From Alphaproteobacteria bacterium (GTDB lineage: Bacteria > Pseudomonadota > Alphaproteobacteria > Paracaedibacterales > CAITNM01): 56,134 nt of DNA. The notes beneath the pieces were generated by a model, which worked only from the letters and a program-made list of their open reading frames with translations, was not told the DNA's origin and searched no databases. The stretch spans positions 1 to 56,134 of the forward strand of contig JBAXJB010000006.1 of NCBI GenBank assembly GCA_037138055.1, read 5' to 3'. Made by a program: the position numbers and the translations under genes. Of this stretch, positions 29,214 to 38,808 are shown one piece after another (the stretch's first letter is position 1; each line of letters starts with the position of its first letter).

Positions 29214-29945
29214 CTAGCTCCCACATTTTTTCAATTTTAACCAATCTTTTTCCGACCATGCTTTATTATTGAACAAAAAGACTTTTGCGTTTCTTATTGG
29301 TTTTATAAATGTTCCTTGAACTTCAAACGCTACGTTATTTTGGCACTTTTTAACAGGCCACGCTAATGTAGATGAAAAGGAATGCATTATTTTATGCGCA
29401 TCATCCCCCATGCGATAAAGCATTGGTACAGCATATTCAATATCAAGTGTTTCAATCCAACCGTCATCTACACACCAGGAAGCTAGGGCTGTTATGCTAA
29501 TTTTAAGGTTTGGCATTTGCTTTTTTAAGGAATCAATTAATTCTTTGTAAGCGCTTCGTTGCGATTTTTTCGCGTCAAAATCTAATTGAATTTCATGGTA
29601 ATTATTGCTTTTAATAACACCTAAAAGGTATTGAGTGCATGCTGCAACATTAAGCGATTGAGTCTTGTAGGCTTCCAAGCGAAACACGGGCAATATTTTT
29701 GCACCTAAACGTGTTTTAAAAGGGTTACGTCTGGGCTTAAATGAAACGTCATTGCCTACCTGAATAAGTGTTGCAATAAGTGGAGCGACTGTTTGTTCTG
29801 AGCTGGCGAAAGACAGATCATCCGACCTTTCCCAAGTCCAAAGGTAATATTCAATTTTTGGACCTTTGAAGTACTGATATCCACAAAAAATAATTACAAA
29901 TAGGACGCCAAGTTTTTTAATGATTTTGACTTTCTTGAAAGACAT
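29214..29945 (-). CDS. DUF3142-like protein (GH18-like barrel features)
   Basis: LWTWERSDDL, IQLDFDA, SITALASWC, VPMLYRMG; start uncertain. Confidence 0.75.
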   Translation of the reverse strand: MSFKKVKIIKKLGVLFVIIFCGYQYFKGPKIEYYLWTWERSDDLSFASSEQTVAPLIATLIQVGNDVSFKPRRNPFKTRLGAKILPVFRLEAYKTQSLNVAACTQYLLGVIKSNNYHEIQLDFDAKKSQRSAYKELIDSLKKQMPNLKISITALASWCVDDGWIETLDIEYAVPMLYRMGDDAHKIMHSFSSTLAWPVKKCQNNVAFEVQGTFIKPIRNAKVFLFNNKAWSEKDWLKLKKCGS

Positions 29946-30060
29946 CTTGAGGGTAATACATAAATAACTTTCCATTCAAGGCAGTAAGTCGACACAGAAA
30001 TTTTGCTGGATTAATTTTCATCAATCGGCTACTCAAAATAAAATCTATTAAAAAGTTTCA

Positions 30061-31260
30061 ATGTTCGGATTCAGTGATCGTAGTCGGTATTTAAGTATAG
30101 TAGGGTGTCTTAGCTTTGCTTCTGGGCTGTGCTTCGTTTTGTCTGGCAGCACATTGGTGGTGTTTCTAAACGATCAAAAACTGACCCTTGCACATACTGG
30201 CTTGTTTCTTATTGCCCACTTGCCCCATGTGTTCAAATGGGCTGCTGTTCCTTTTATGGAAAAAATAAACCAGGCTGATTACCGCCGCAGGTTATTACAA
30301 GCAGGGCTTGTTTTAAAATGCCTAATTTTAGTTGGATTTGCGTTCTCACCAAAGTTACCTTGGGCGTGGTTTGGATTGTTGCTAGCCCTTCATATGGTAA
30401 GCGCTGCATATGAATGCATATTGTGTGTTTCCCAGGTTGTGGGCCTTAATCGCAGTAATTGGGGTTTTGGAGAGGCCGCCGGTGTTACCGGCTACCGCTG
30501 TGGAATTTTAGTAGGTGGCGCTGGGGCATTATCGCTTTCAATGATTTGCTCATGGAAAGAAGTTTATATTGTTTTTGCAATTGTCATGCTTATCCCCTTA
30601 ATTCCGTTGTACTTTACCAAAGTTGCATTTTCACCAAAAGAACGCCCCCTTGTTCTTAGCTACACCCATTACTTAAAACGTGCCTGGATTAGTTTAAAAG
30701 AAACCCAATCAATTTGGTGGCTTTGTGGCATGATGTTTTTCTATCGCGCCCAAGACGCAATTCAAGGTCAATATACCACCATCTATTTTCTAGATTTAGG
30801 CTACGACCGCGGATTAATCTCTTTCGCTTATAAAACGTTTGGCATGGGCATGGCAACGCTTGGTGGGTTTTTGGCAGCCTTAATGATTCGCCGCAAGGGA
30901 CTTCACTTACCTTTGTGGATTGGACTGGTTACCCATGCATTATCAACAGTATTTTTATTAACTCTAGGCGCGTTTGAAACCTCTGCCACCGGCCTGTACA
31001 CCACTGCTATTTTTTATGAGTTTACCAAAGGGTTATCAATCACCCCAATTCTTTCCTTACAAATAATGAGCTGCACCCAAAACTACACCATGATGCAGCT
31101 TGCGGCGTTATCATCTGTTGTTGTGTTATCAACCATTATGTTCGGGTCATTCGGTGGTCAGCTTATTGAACCATTAGGCTGGACCAATTTTTGGATGCTA
31201 ACAATTTTAGCAAATGTTCCAGCTTTGTTGCTGATGTTAAGGGCGCCGAAGAATTTATAG
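30061..31260 (+). CDS. AmpG-like muropeptide MFS permease
   Basis: SFASGL, PHVFKW, GYRCG, about 12 hydrophobic segments. Confidence 0.8.
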   Translation: MFGFSDRSRYLSIVGCLSFASGLCFVLSGSTLVVFLNDQKLTLAHTGLFLIAHLPHVFKWAAVPFMEKINQADYRRRLLQAGLVLKCLILVGFAFSPKLPWAWFGLLLALHMVSAAYECILCVSQVVGLNRSNWGFGEAAGVTGYRCGILVGGAGALSLSMICSWKEVYIVFAIVMLIPLIPLYFTKVAFSPKERPLVLSYTHYLKRAWISLKETQSIWWLCGMMFFYRAQDAIQGQYTTIYFLDLGYDRGLISFAYKTFGMGMATLGGFLAALMIRRKGLHLPLWIGLVTHALSTVFLLTLGAFETSATGLYTTAIFYEFTKGLSITPILSLQIMSCTQNYTMMQLAALSSVVVLSTIMFGSFGGQLIEPLGWTNFWMLTILANVPALLLMLRAPKNL

Positions 31261-31343
31261 CATATATTTACTCAACCTAATTATTTATTAAATTATATAT
31301 TTATTTAAATAAAATTAAACAAATGATTAACCAAACGTAAAAC

Positions 31344-31393
31344 ATATTATATTATATTATATTATATTATATTATATTATATTATATTATATT
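31344..31393. repeat. (ATATT)10 microsatellite
   Basis: Ten perfect copies ending 13 bp before ATG 31407. Confidence 0.97.
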
Positions 31394-31406
31394 GTTTTAT
31401 AAAAAC

Positions 31407-32930
31407 ATGAGCTTTACACAATTTTTTTTAACATTTTTAGCTGTATGCACGGTAACCTTACATGCAAGCGAGCTCTTAATTGAACCATTTCATGAAGGGG
31501 AAGTTCCTGCAGTAGGTTTATGTGCAACTAGTCCGCTATATTTAGGGCAAGATGGCGGAGTCGAATCTGTCAATCTTCGCATTCATTTAGGCGAGAAAGA
31601 TGATCTTATCTATCCTAGTCTTCTGTGGCATTGCCGCATGGGCGTGCGACATTTTGAAATTGTTAGCCACGGCTTGACTGCCAATCAATCAAAAAAAATA
31701 GCAATGTTCTTTGATCGAGTAAAAGATATATGCGCTCTAAACTTAATTGAAACGCCTGGTACTGCTAGCGACATGTTTGCACTTTCAGCAGCATCTCCTG
31801 CTTTGAAATGGCATCTTCAGCTTACGGATAGACAGTTTCTGTGTTTGTATAAGCCACTCTCAGAAATTTTGACTGAGGCATCGACTGCAACATTGATATT
31901 TCCATCGTGCACTTATAATGGGTTTGATCCTGATGCACCAGTAAGTTTTTGGCCACAAACAGACGAGCAATTGATTTATAGAACAGAGGTTAATTACAGA
32001 AAGACGATTAGTTTATTTAGTAGCACTCGTCCTAGTGTAGCAATGCTATCGAATGCGGCTTATATAGCAGATTTTGTAACAATGGAGAAAGCGATCTCCT
32101 ACACCTCCACAATGATCAAAGATCAGCTGCCAATTATGCATATAATTATTCCGTCCATTCAACATGCATGTTTGCGAGGACAATCACATTTTTCGAACGG
32201 GACTGTTGTGCCAGCTACTATCAAAGATGTGCATGAAGAAACATTAGCTTTTTTTGCAGAAAGGGCTGCGTTTAATATAAATATACGCTTTGGCAAAGAT
32301 TACATTTTTGTACCTGTTGAAAAAAGTGGCTGCTCCACAATAGCAAGAGCACTAGGGAGCCTTGAAGCAGGAAGATTAATAGATTTTGCAGCTTATAAAG
32401 AGCTTCATGTTTTTCCTTTGGAAGTTAAGGAGAGGTACCAAAATTTGTTAAGTCCAGCTATTTTTAAATTTACTTGTGCTCGCAATCCCTTTAGTCGAGC
32501 TCTGTCAGCTTATCTTGATAAAATTATGGGTGATGAGATAGAAAGAGCGCCTTATAGAGCAGATCTGGGTTTTAGTAATGATGAAGCTGTTTCATTTTTA
32601 GATTTTTTAACGAAATTAAAAGAAAAAGGATTAAGTGTACCCTCACATTTCAACGTTCAGTGTAACGTGATGATGTATCCTTATGTTCATTATAATATGA
32701 TTGTTAAGCTTGAAAATTTCGATCAAGATTTTCAAATAGTTATGAATCGTCTTGGCATTTCAGGAGAGCCGAAAAATTATAAATGGGCTCCTCATGCGAC
32801 ATCTGCAAAATCAAAATTATCTGAGTATTACACTCAAAAATGCGTAGACTTGGTGGTAGAAATTTATAATCGAGATTTCCAATTCCTTAATTATAGTACA
32901 ATCCCTAGCTTTACACTAAAAGTTGATTAA
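31407..32930 (+). CDS. Secreted protein: degenerate GT-A-like N-domain plus C-terminal carbohydrate sulfotransferase (Sulfotransfer_2-like) domain
   Basis: Signal peptide; WHCRMGVRHFEI; PAPS-binding motifs VPVEKSGCSTI and FTCARNPFSRALSAY; HF, IVKLENF, YNRDF. Confidence 0.82.
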   Translation: MSFTQFFLTFLAVCTVTLHASELLIEPFHEGEVPAVGLCATSPLYLGQDGGVESVNLRIHLGEKDDLIYPSLLWHCRMGVRHFEIVSHGLTANQSKKIAMFFDRVKDICALNLIETPGTASDMFALSAASPALKWHLQLTDRQFLCLYKPLSEILTEASTATLIFPSCTYNGFDPDAPVSFWPQTDEQLIYRTEVNYRKTISLFSSTRPSVAMLSNAAYIADFVTMEKAISYTSTMIKDQLPIMHIIIPSIQHACLRGQSHFSNGTVVPATIKDVHEETLAFFAERAAFNINIRFGKDYIFVPVEKSGCSTIARALGSLEAGRLIDFAAYKELHVFPLEVKERYQNLLSPAIFKFTCARNPFSRALSAYLDKIMGDEIERAPYRADLGFSNDEAVSFLDFLTKLKEKGLSVPSHFNVQCNVMMYPYVHYNMIVKLENFDQDFQIVMNRLGISGEPKNYKWAPHATSAKSKLSEYYTQKCVDLVVEIYNRDFQFLNYSTIPSFTLKVD

Positions 32931-32961
32931 AAATTAGCTCTTACGTTTATGAAACACTTAA

Positions 32962-35832
32962 CTAAATTACTGGATATCCATCTTTTACTATTGACTTATT
33001 TCCACTAGTTCCAGCCCACCAAGTTCCCATGTGCTTTTTCTCGATGATATCAGCACCAGAAAGAACCAATAACCTGTCTGCTGGAGTAATGCTGTTATAC
33101 AGAAAAGCTGTAAAATAGGGGCCATGCGTCCATGGATTACATAAGCCTTGAGTCCGCCTAAAGATTTCGCAAATTTCATTTTTCACAGGCCTTACTGTTG
33201 CCAAGTCTGTAATAAAACTCATAAATTTTTCTATGATTGGATTACCTTTTCTAGCTGCAAGTATATTTGTATCGCAATGAATATCTAGAGGATGCTGCCC
33301 AACAAACTGATTTGTGATTATATCAAATCTATCTAAAAGGCCTGTCATGTTGGACCTTACATGATATCCGTAGTCTGTATAAAGACCTCCAAATAGCCTT
33401 ACAAGATCTAAGCGCAGTATATCGCATGCCATAACAAAATATCCTTGTCTTGACAGAAGGTCATATAATTCGACACCTTTCATGCGATCTCTTATTTCTC
33501 TCACTTCTCTTACGTTAATTTTTACAGAAGACCTATCTAGTAATCTCATTGTATTCTGTAAAATTGCTTTGTCTTCACACCATAGAAAATGCTCTAATTC
33601 TGGGTGTAGTTCTACTGACTGAATGTATAATTCAGTGGCCCATTCAGGTGGTTCTGAAGCATTCGCTGGATTAGTAAGCCAAACTCGATGTGTTGTATGT
33701 TCTATAGATGAAGAGGGTTGTAAGGTATTTAGAATTGTTAACGCTTTTTTATAATGAAATGCTTGTGGTACATGAATAGAATCAAGATCCTTCCTTAGGA
33801 ATTTTTTCAGAAATGCATCTAGAATTGATTCTCTAGCAAATCTAGGGGCCCTGAAGTTTTTTAGATTTGAGTATTGCCCCTCAGGTCGGTAACTCTGTAT
33901 CAAAGAAATATATTCAGGCACAATATTATCTTTAAACCAACGAGATCTTTCAGTATCTTCAGAAAAATTTGTACTACCTAGCTTTCCCCAATCTTTAGAA
34001 TGCAAAGACCTAACACTAGAAAATTCATCGGGATGATATCCATTTAGATCATTTGCGTCATGAACCACAGGAAATGGCAGAAGCTCATAATCAAATTCAT
34101 TAAGCAAAAGTGGCTCTAGTCTGCTAGGTTGGGGGCCTTTAAGAAGAGGTGAGTTAAAACTTAATTTTTTTCCACGAACTGTAAATATTACGGGATCACT
34201 AGTGGTGCGAGAATTTCCATAATTCTTTAGCGAAACAAACGTAACCGAAGGCAATGCTTGCTCATTGCTTTTGTAAAACAAAAGAAAATTATGCAAAAAA
34301 GATTTTAGTCCATTTCCAGTTGCCACACAGTCAAAGAGACATATATTTTGACCTGCTAATCTTCGAAGATCTAAACTTTCCCAAAAAGAAAAAAGTGATC
34401 CTCTCTGTTCTTTTGTAAATGATGCGGAACTATTAGGGTTTCCTGGAGAGCCAGAAAAAGGAAGCGATATAAGCTCAGGAATTTCTGCTGTTATTCCCAA
34501 CATGCTCAAGTCTGTTCCCTTTAATTTCTGTAAAATGGAATATAAAAAGTAACCAGATTTACCAGGGAAAACAAATGCTTTGACATCTTTTTCTTGTGCA
34601 ATTCTAAATAGTTCTTGCAAGGTTGAATGTACAGTATGGTGTGATTCAGCTAAACCAGGCAATGCATAATACATGTGCTTTAGTTTTAATTCTTGAACAC
34701 TGCAAACTCTACTCAATTTTTCATCATATATGGAATACGGTTCATCAGTCCCGCCGAGGTCTCGAACGAAATTATTTCTTTGATGTTGAGAATCATCAAA
34801 CAGAAAGGTAGCGCTAAACTGATATCCTTTTCTCTTCATTATATTAATGGCAGATGATTTTCTGTCCCAATATATTTGGAAAGGATATCTTCCAGAAGCC
34901 ATGAATACATTATCAGCAAATTTTCCAAAATATGTATGTCCTATTCCATCATCTCCAAAATCAATGCTCGTTGAAATGTCTCTTCCATAGAGAGAAAAAA
35001 TTCTTTTCAAAAAGTTTAAGGTTGTATGTGGTCCGTTTAAAGCTGATTCATTTTCAAATGCAGAAGAAAAAACAACATAGTTTTGTGATTCATCTATCAT
35101 TCTAAAAAGCCAGTCAGTGTTTTGTGTGATCAAATCCTCATGTGTCAGTTCTCTTCCTAACACTAAAAAGTCTTCTTTTCGTGCATATTTTGTTAAAAAA
35201 CCATCTATATCAACAATTAAAAGGTTTCGTGTGTGTTTAAGTTGAAAATCTTGCTGAGCTTTGAGTGCTGAAGGATACAGGTCCATAAAGGACCAACATA
35301 CTGGGATATTTTGCTTTATTATGTTTGCGTATATATTTCGATCAAATGATTCAACATTTTCGTACTGAACATTATTAGCAAGTCTTCCGCTGATTTTTCC
35401 TACTGCTATTGGCCCCCAAGAAAAATTTGCATTCTGTGCTCGTACTCCTGATATAGAGCATGGCGAAGTAACAGTAACTTCATGCCGTTGTCCTGGTTGC
35501 ACGACCACTGGTTTTTTTTTAGTTACAAGGGCTTGGCTTTGTTTGCTTGTTACATTTTTAACCTTAATTGAGCTGAAGCTTTCGTTCGTCGCTGCATTAA
35601 AAAATAGAAAGCCTTCTGATGCACTAATTGCTTTTTTTTCACCAACCTCTAATAGCTCTGAATGTTGTGCCAAGACATCAACACTAATAGGTGCGGATCC
35701 TTGGTTGAATAGTTCAATTGTTTGCAATCTTGTAGATGCATAAATTTCGTTAAAATTCACATAAACGCTTGTTAAATCAAGTGCTGAAAACACACACTGA
35801 ACCATTAAAAATGCACAGACTAATTTTTTCAT
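32962..35832 (-). CDS. Large secreted multidomain protein: HAD-like, PRTase-like and C-terminal Gly_transf_sug/TcdA-type glycosyltransferase domains
   Basis: Signal peptide; LLIVDIDG...FLFDDS; ICLFDCVATGNGL; HRVWLT...CDILRLDLVRLFGGLYTD...HMGTWW. Confidence 0.75.
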   Translation of the reverse strand: MKKLVCAFLMVQCVFSALDLTSVYVNFNEIYASTRLQTIELFNQGSAPISVDVLAQHSELLEVGEKKAISASEGFLFFNAATNESFSSIKVKNVTSKQSQALVTKKKPVVVQPGQRHEVTVTSPCSISGVRAQNANFSWGPIAVGKISGRLANNVQYENVESFDRNIYANIIKQNIPVCWSFMDLYPSALKAQQDFQLKHTRNLLIVDIDGFLTKYARKEDFLVLGRELTHEDLITQNTDWLFRMIDESQNYVVFSSAFENESALNGPHTTLNFLKRIFSLYGRDISTSIDFGDDGIGHTYFGKFADNVFMASGRYPFQIYWDRKSSAINIMKRKGYQFSATFLFDDSQHQRNNFVRDLGGTDEPYSIYDEKLSRVCSVQELKLKHMYYALPGLAESHHTVHSTLQELFRIAQEKDVKAFVFPGKSGYFLYSILQKLKGTDLSMLGITAEIPELISLPFSGSPGNPNSSASFTKEQRGSLFSFWESLDLRRLAGQNICLFDCVATGNGLKSFLHNFLLFYKSNEQALPSVTFVSLKNYGNSRTTSDPVIFTVRGKKLSFNSPLLKGPQPSRLEPLLLNEFDYELLPFPVVHDANDLNGYHPDEFSSVRSLHSKDWGKLGSTNFSEDTERSRWFKDNIVPEYISLIQSYRPEGQYSNLKNFRAPRFARESILDAFLKKFLRKDLDSIHVPQAFHYKKALTILNTLQPSSSIEHTTHRVWLTNPANASEPPEWATELYIQSVELHPELEHFLWCEDKAILQNTMRLLDRSSVKINVREVREIRDRMKGVELYDLLSRQGYFVMACDILRLDLVRLFGGLYTDYGYHVRSNMTGLLDRFDIITNQFVGQHPLDIHCDTNILAARKGNPIIEKFMSFITDLATVRPVKNEICEIFRRTQGLCNPWTHGPYFTAFLYNSITPADRLLVLSGADIIEKKHMGTWWAGTSGNKSIVKDGYPVI

Positions 35833-35837
35833 GATAG

Positions 35838-37361
35838 TTATAATCCTTCTGCGTAATTAATTGCGTACATTCCTGGCGTTAAAGCTAAACGTGGGTCTTC
35901 ATAAGAAAAAATATCCGAACACGTTCTTAGTGGAGAAAAGGTTAATGGACTAAAAATCATATCGCGCCTAGCTTCTGCGTATTTTTGAAAGGCAATACTA
36001 AGTGCTCCACTGCCATATTTCACATGGTACAAAGTCAATGCTCGGTCTTCGGCGTTATTTAACAGCCTACTTTTTGGAATGCCGGATATATATGAAGGCG
36101 TTCTAATAGTATGGTAAAGTGCTAAATCAAGAGCACGCATAATAACTGGGTGCTCAGGAACAGCTGCCATCACTCCGGCATCAATCACTCGTGCGGTGCT
36201 CGCATCTAGCCCTGCATAAAAACTAAAAATTTTGTTAAATGGAGTTAGGTCTTGAATGATTTCAGTATTAACGCTTCTTATCACTCCTCCGTGCACTGCA
36301 AGTAATGCATACTGCAAAAAGACATTTGCCGATCGATTGTCCCCGGACTGAATAAGATTTATAACATCATGCAAGCCAGGGTAACTAGTTGCAGCGATAG
36401 ACCTAACCTCTACAGCGCCATATGCATCGCCTAAATCTTCCACTGTCACGGATGAAGGGTCTTCGAACACCCAAACAAAGTGCTTCCATCCCGCTAAATT
36501 TGAAAGAGAGCGCGTTGTGGTTTTTAGCCACTTTTTTTGATTTTCACTAAATAAGGGAGAAGTTCCTATGCGTTTTTTTGCGAAAATGGTGTGGGTTATT
36601 TGGGGGACTTTAATATCTAATACTTCTATTGTTTCTTCGGTTTTATCTTTAAGTATTTCAAATCCGGCTTGCTGAACCTGGTTGAATTTTTGATATAATT
36701 CTTCTTTGGTAAACCTATGTTCTTTGAATAAGGTTGAGGCCATATACTGCAAAAATGGCACTGTTCTTGCGCTAGAAATGGCTATTTCTAATAGACTGTT
36801 TTGCAACGGTACTTGCGAATGAATAACACTATCTCGTGCTATTAATTTCATTATTCCTGTAGACACCGCTTCACAGAAAATATCTTTGGAGGAATCTTCA
36901 CACTCAACTTTACCAATATATGCTAGCTCTACTGCGCGAATTGTTTCACACGAACCTGGAAGAATGGTTGTGTAACTTGCTAACTGAGTTGCTGTGGCTT
37001 CAGTTTTTTCTCGGTAGGGTTTAATAAAAACTTGCGATAGTGTTTTTTCCAGATTTCTGCCACCCGAACGTACAACACTGTAACGACGGTCAAACACTGC
37101 AAGTGTCGGAGTTCCTGAAGCAAAGTCTTCTTCTTCGAAAGGTTCATGATAGAAGTCATAGACCTTCAGAGTAACAGCTGAACTTGTTCTATTTTCAACA
37201 ACTATTGACCCTAAACTTGCCCGTGATAACACCTCATTAAACCTGCGATGCAACTTGGAATTTTGCATGATTTCTTCTGAAACAAATGCTTTTGCTTCAG
37301 ATGCCTCTGCACGCAGTAGCACCATTAAAGTGCTAAATACTGTTAAAAAATATACAACCAC
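35838..37361 (-). CDS. Secreted protein with a degenerate glycosyltransferase (Gly_transf_sug-like) domain
   Basis: VPQITHTIF, GWKHFVW, LQYALLAVHGGV, VMAAVPEHPVI, YGSGAL; catalytic Asp positions replaced. Confidence 0.72.
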   Translation of the reverse strand: MVVYFLTVFSTLMVLLRAEASEAKAFVSEEIMQNSKLHRRFNEVLSRASLGSIVVENRTSSAVTLKVYDFYHEPFEEEDFASGTPTLAVFDRRYSVVRSGGRNLEKTLSQVFIKPYREKTEATATQLASYTTILPGSCETIRAVELAYIGKVECEDSSKDIFCEAVSTGIMKLIARDSVIHSQVPLQNSLLEIAISSARTVPFLQYMASTLFKEHRFTKEELYQKFNQVQQAGFEILKDKTEETIEVLDIKVPQITHTIFAKKRIGTSPLFSENQKKWLKTTTRSLSNLAGWKHFVWVFEDPSSVTVEDLGDAYGAVEVRSIAATSYPGLHDVINLIQSGDNRSANVFLQYALLAVHGGVIRSVNTEIIQDLTPFNKIFSFYAGLDASTARVIDAGVMAAVPEHPVIMRALDLALYHTIRTPSYISGIPKSRLLNNAEDRALTLYHVKYGSGALSIAFQKYAEARRDMIFSPLTFSPLRTCSDIFSYEDPRLALTPGMYAINYAEGL

Positions 37362-37548
37362 TTGCTACCTGCTATGATATTTTAAAAATTGCAATCTATT
37401 TGTTTATTTATATTTACATTAAATTTACAAATATTTAGTTAACATTTATTTTTTTTTGCATTAAGAGTCTCTTATTTAAAAAGAATTGGTAGGAGCATTG
37501 CTATAGACGCCCACAGCATATGGTTTTATATTCTTGTTAAGACCATAG

Positions 37549-38808
37549 GTGCAGCACATGTTTACTTTAATAGATTGTAATAATTTTTTTGTTTCGTGCG
37601 AGCGGGTTTTCAGACCCGACTTAGAGCATAAGCCCGTTATTGTTTTATCAAGTAATGACGGGTGCGCTATTGCGCGTTCAAACGAAGCAAAGATGCTTGG
37701 CATTCCTATGGGTGCTCCGTTATTTGAAATTCGTCATTTAATCAAAGCCTACAATGTAGAAGTGCTTTCATGTAATTTTGAGCTATATGGCGACATGAGC
37801 CTTAGGGTAATGAATGTCCTACAGCAACAGTGTGAAAATGTTGAGGTGTATTCAATTGATGAAGCGTTTTTGCATTTTGACAAATCCATAAACTGGGCCC
37901 AAGAAGGTGAACGATTGCGTAAGCATGTTTTGCAATGCACTGGTATTCCTACTTCAATTGGATTTGCCCCAACTAAAACCTTAGCGAAGCTTGCCAACTT
38001 ACAATCAAAATCTCTGGGGGTTGCTTGTTATATTGATAATACGTCAGCTCATCATGATAGTTTAAAAGCTACTTCCGTTTCTAAAATATGGGGTATTGGT
38101 GCCAATTTAAGCAAAAGCCTTAAACAACAAGGCATTTATAGCGTTTATGACCTGATGATAGTTGACCCCAGCTGGGCCAGAAGAAATTATAACGTCGTTG
38201 TGGAGCGCATTGTGCGAGAACTTAATGGCCATTCCTGCATGCCCTTAACCTTGGTTCAAGAAGCCAAAAAATCTATTCAAATAACCCGCAGCTTTTTTGA
38301 ACATGTAAAAGACAAAGACGTATTAAAACAAGCTGCTGCCCGATATGGCTTTCGCTTAAGTGCTAAGTTACGTGAGTCATCACAAAAAACCACGACTCTT
38401 TTTGTATATGGGCGCAATTCCCCATTTCGTGGTGAAACCCCTGTTTTTCATCAACGCACCATTGTGTTGCCTGAACCAACAAATGATACAGCAGTTATTA
38501 TTCAACATGCCCAACAAGCAATTGAAAGTTTTTTCGACCCAACAACTGCCTATCATAAAATTGGTATTATGGCTGTTAACCTTCGTGATGCTACTCAACC
38601 AGGCGCACATGCATTATTTAAAGCACCAAAATCAGCTAAAAAACCTGATATTGATAAGGTTATGGATACCTTAAACAAACGTTTTGGCCTTGGAACCGTT
38701 CGTCCCTTATCATGCGGAGAAAGCATTGAATGGATGAATAAACGTGACAACAAAACTCCCGCATACACAACTAACTGGAAAACCCTTGTACAGGTGAAAG
38801 CAAAGTAA
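37549..38808 (+). CDS. umuC: Y-family DNA polymerase, UmuC-like
   Basis: LIDCNNFFVSCER, VLSSNDGC, YSIDEAF, C-terminal WMNKRDNKTPAYTT. Confidence 0.93.
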   Translation: MQHMFTLIDCNNFFVSCERVFRPDLEHKPVIVLSSNDGCAIARSNEAKMLGIPMGAPLFEIRHLIKAYNVEVLSCNFELYGDMSLRVMNVLQQQCENVEVYSIDEAFLHFDKSINWAQEGERLRKHVLQCTGIPTSIGFAPTKTLAKLANLQSKSLGVACYIDNTSAHHDSLKATSVSKIWGIGANLSKSLKQQGIYSVYDLMIVDPSWARRNYNVVVERIVRELNGHSCMPLTLVQEAKKSIQITRSFFEHVKDKDVLKQAAARYGFRLSAKLRESSQKTTTLFVYGRNSPFRGETPVFHQRTIVLPEPTNDTAVIIQHAQQAIESFFDPTTAYHKIGIMAVNLRDATQPGAHALFKAPKSAKKPDIDKVMDTLNKRFGLGTVRPLSCGESIEWMNKRDNKTPAYTTNWKTLVQVKAK

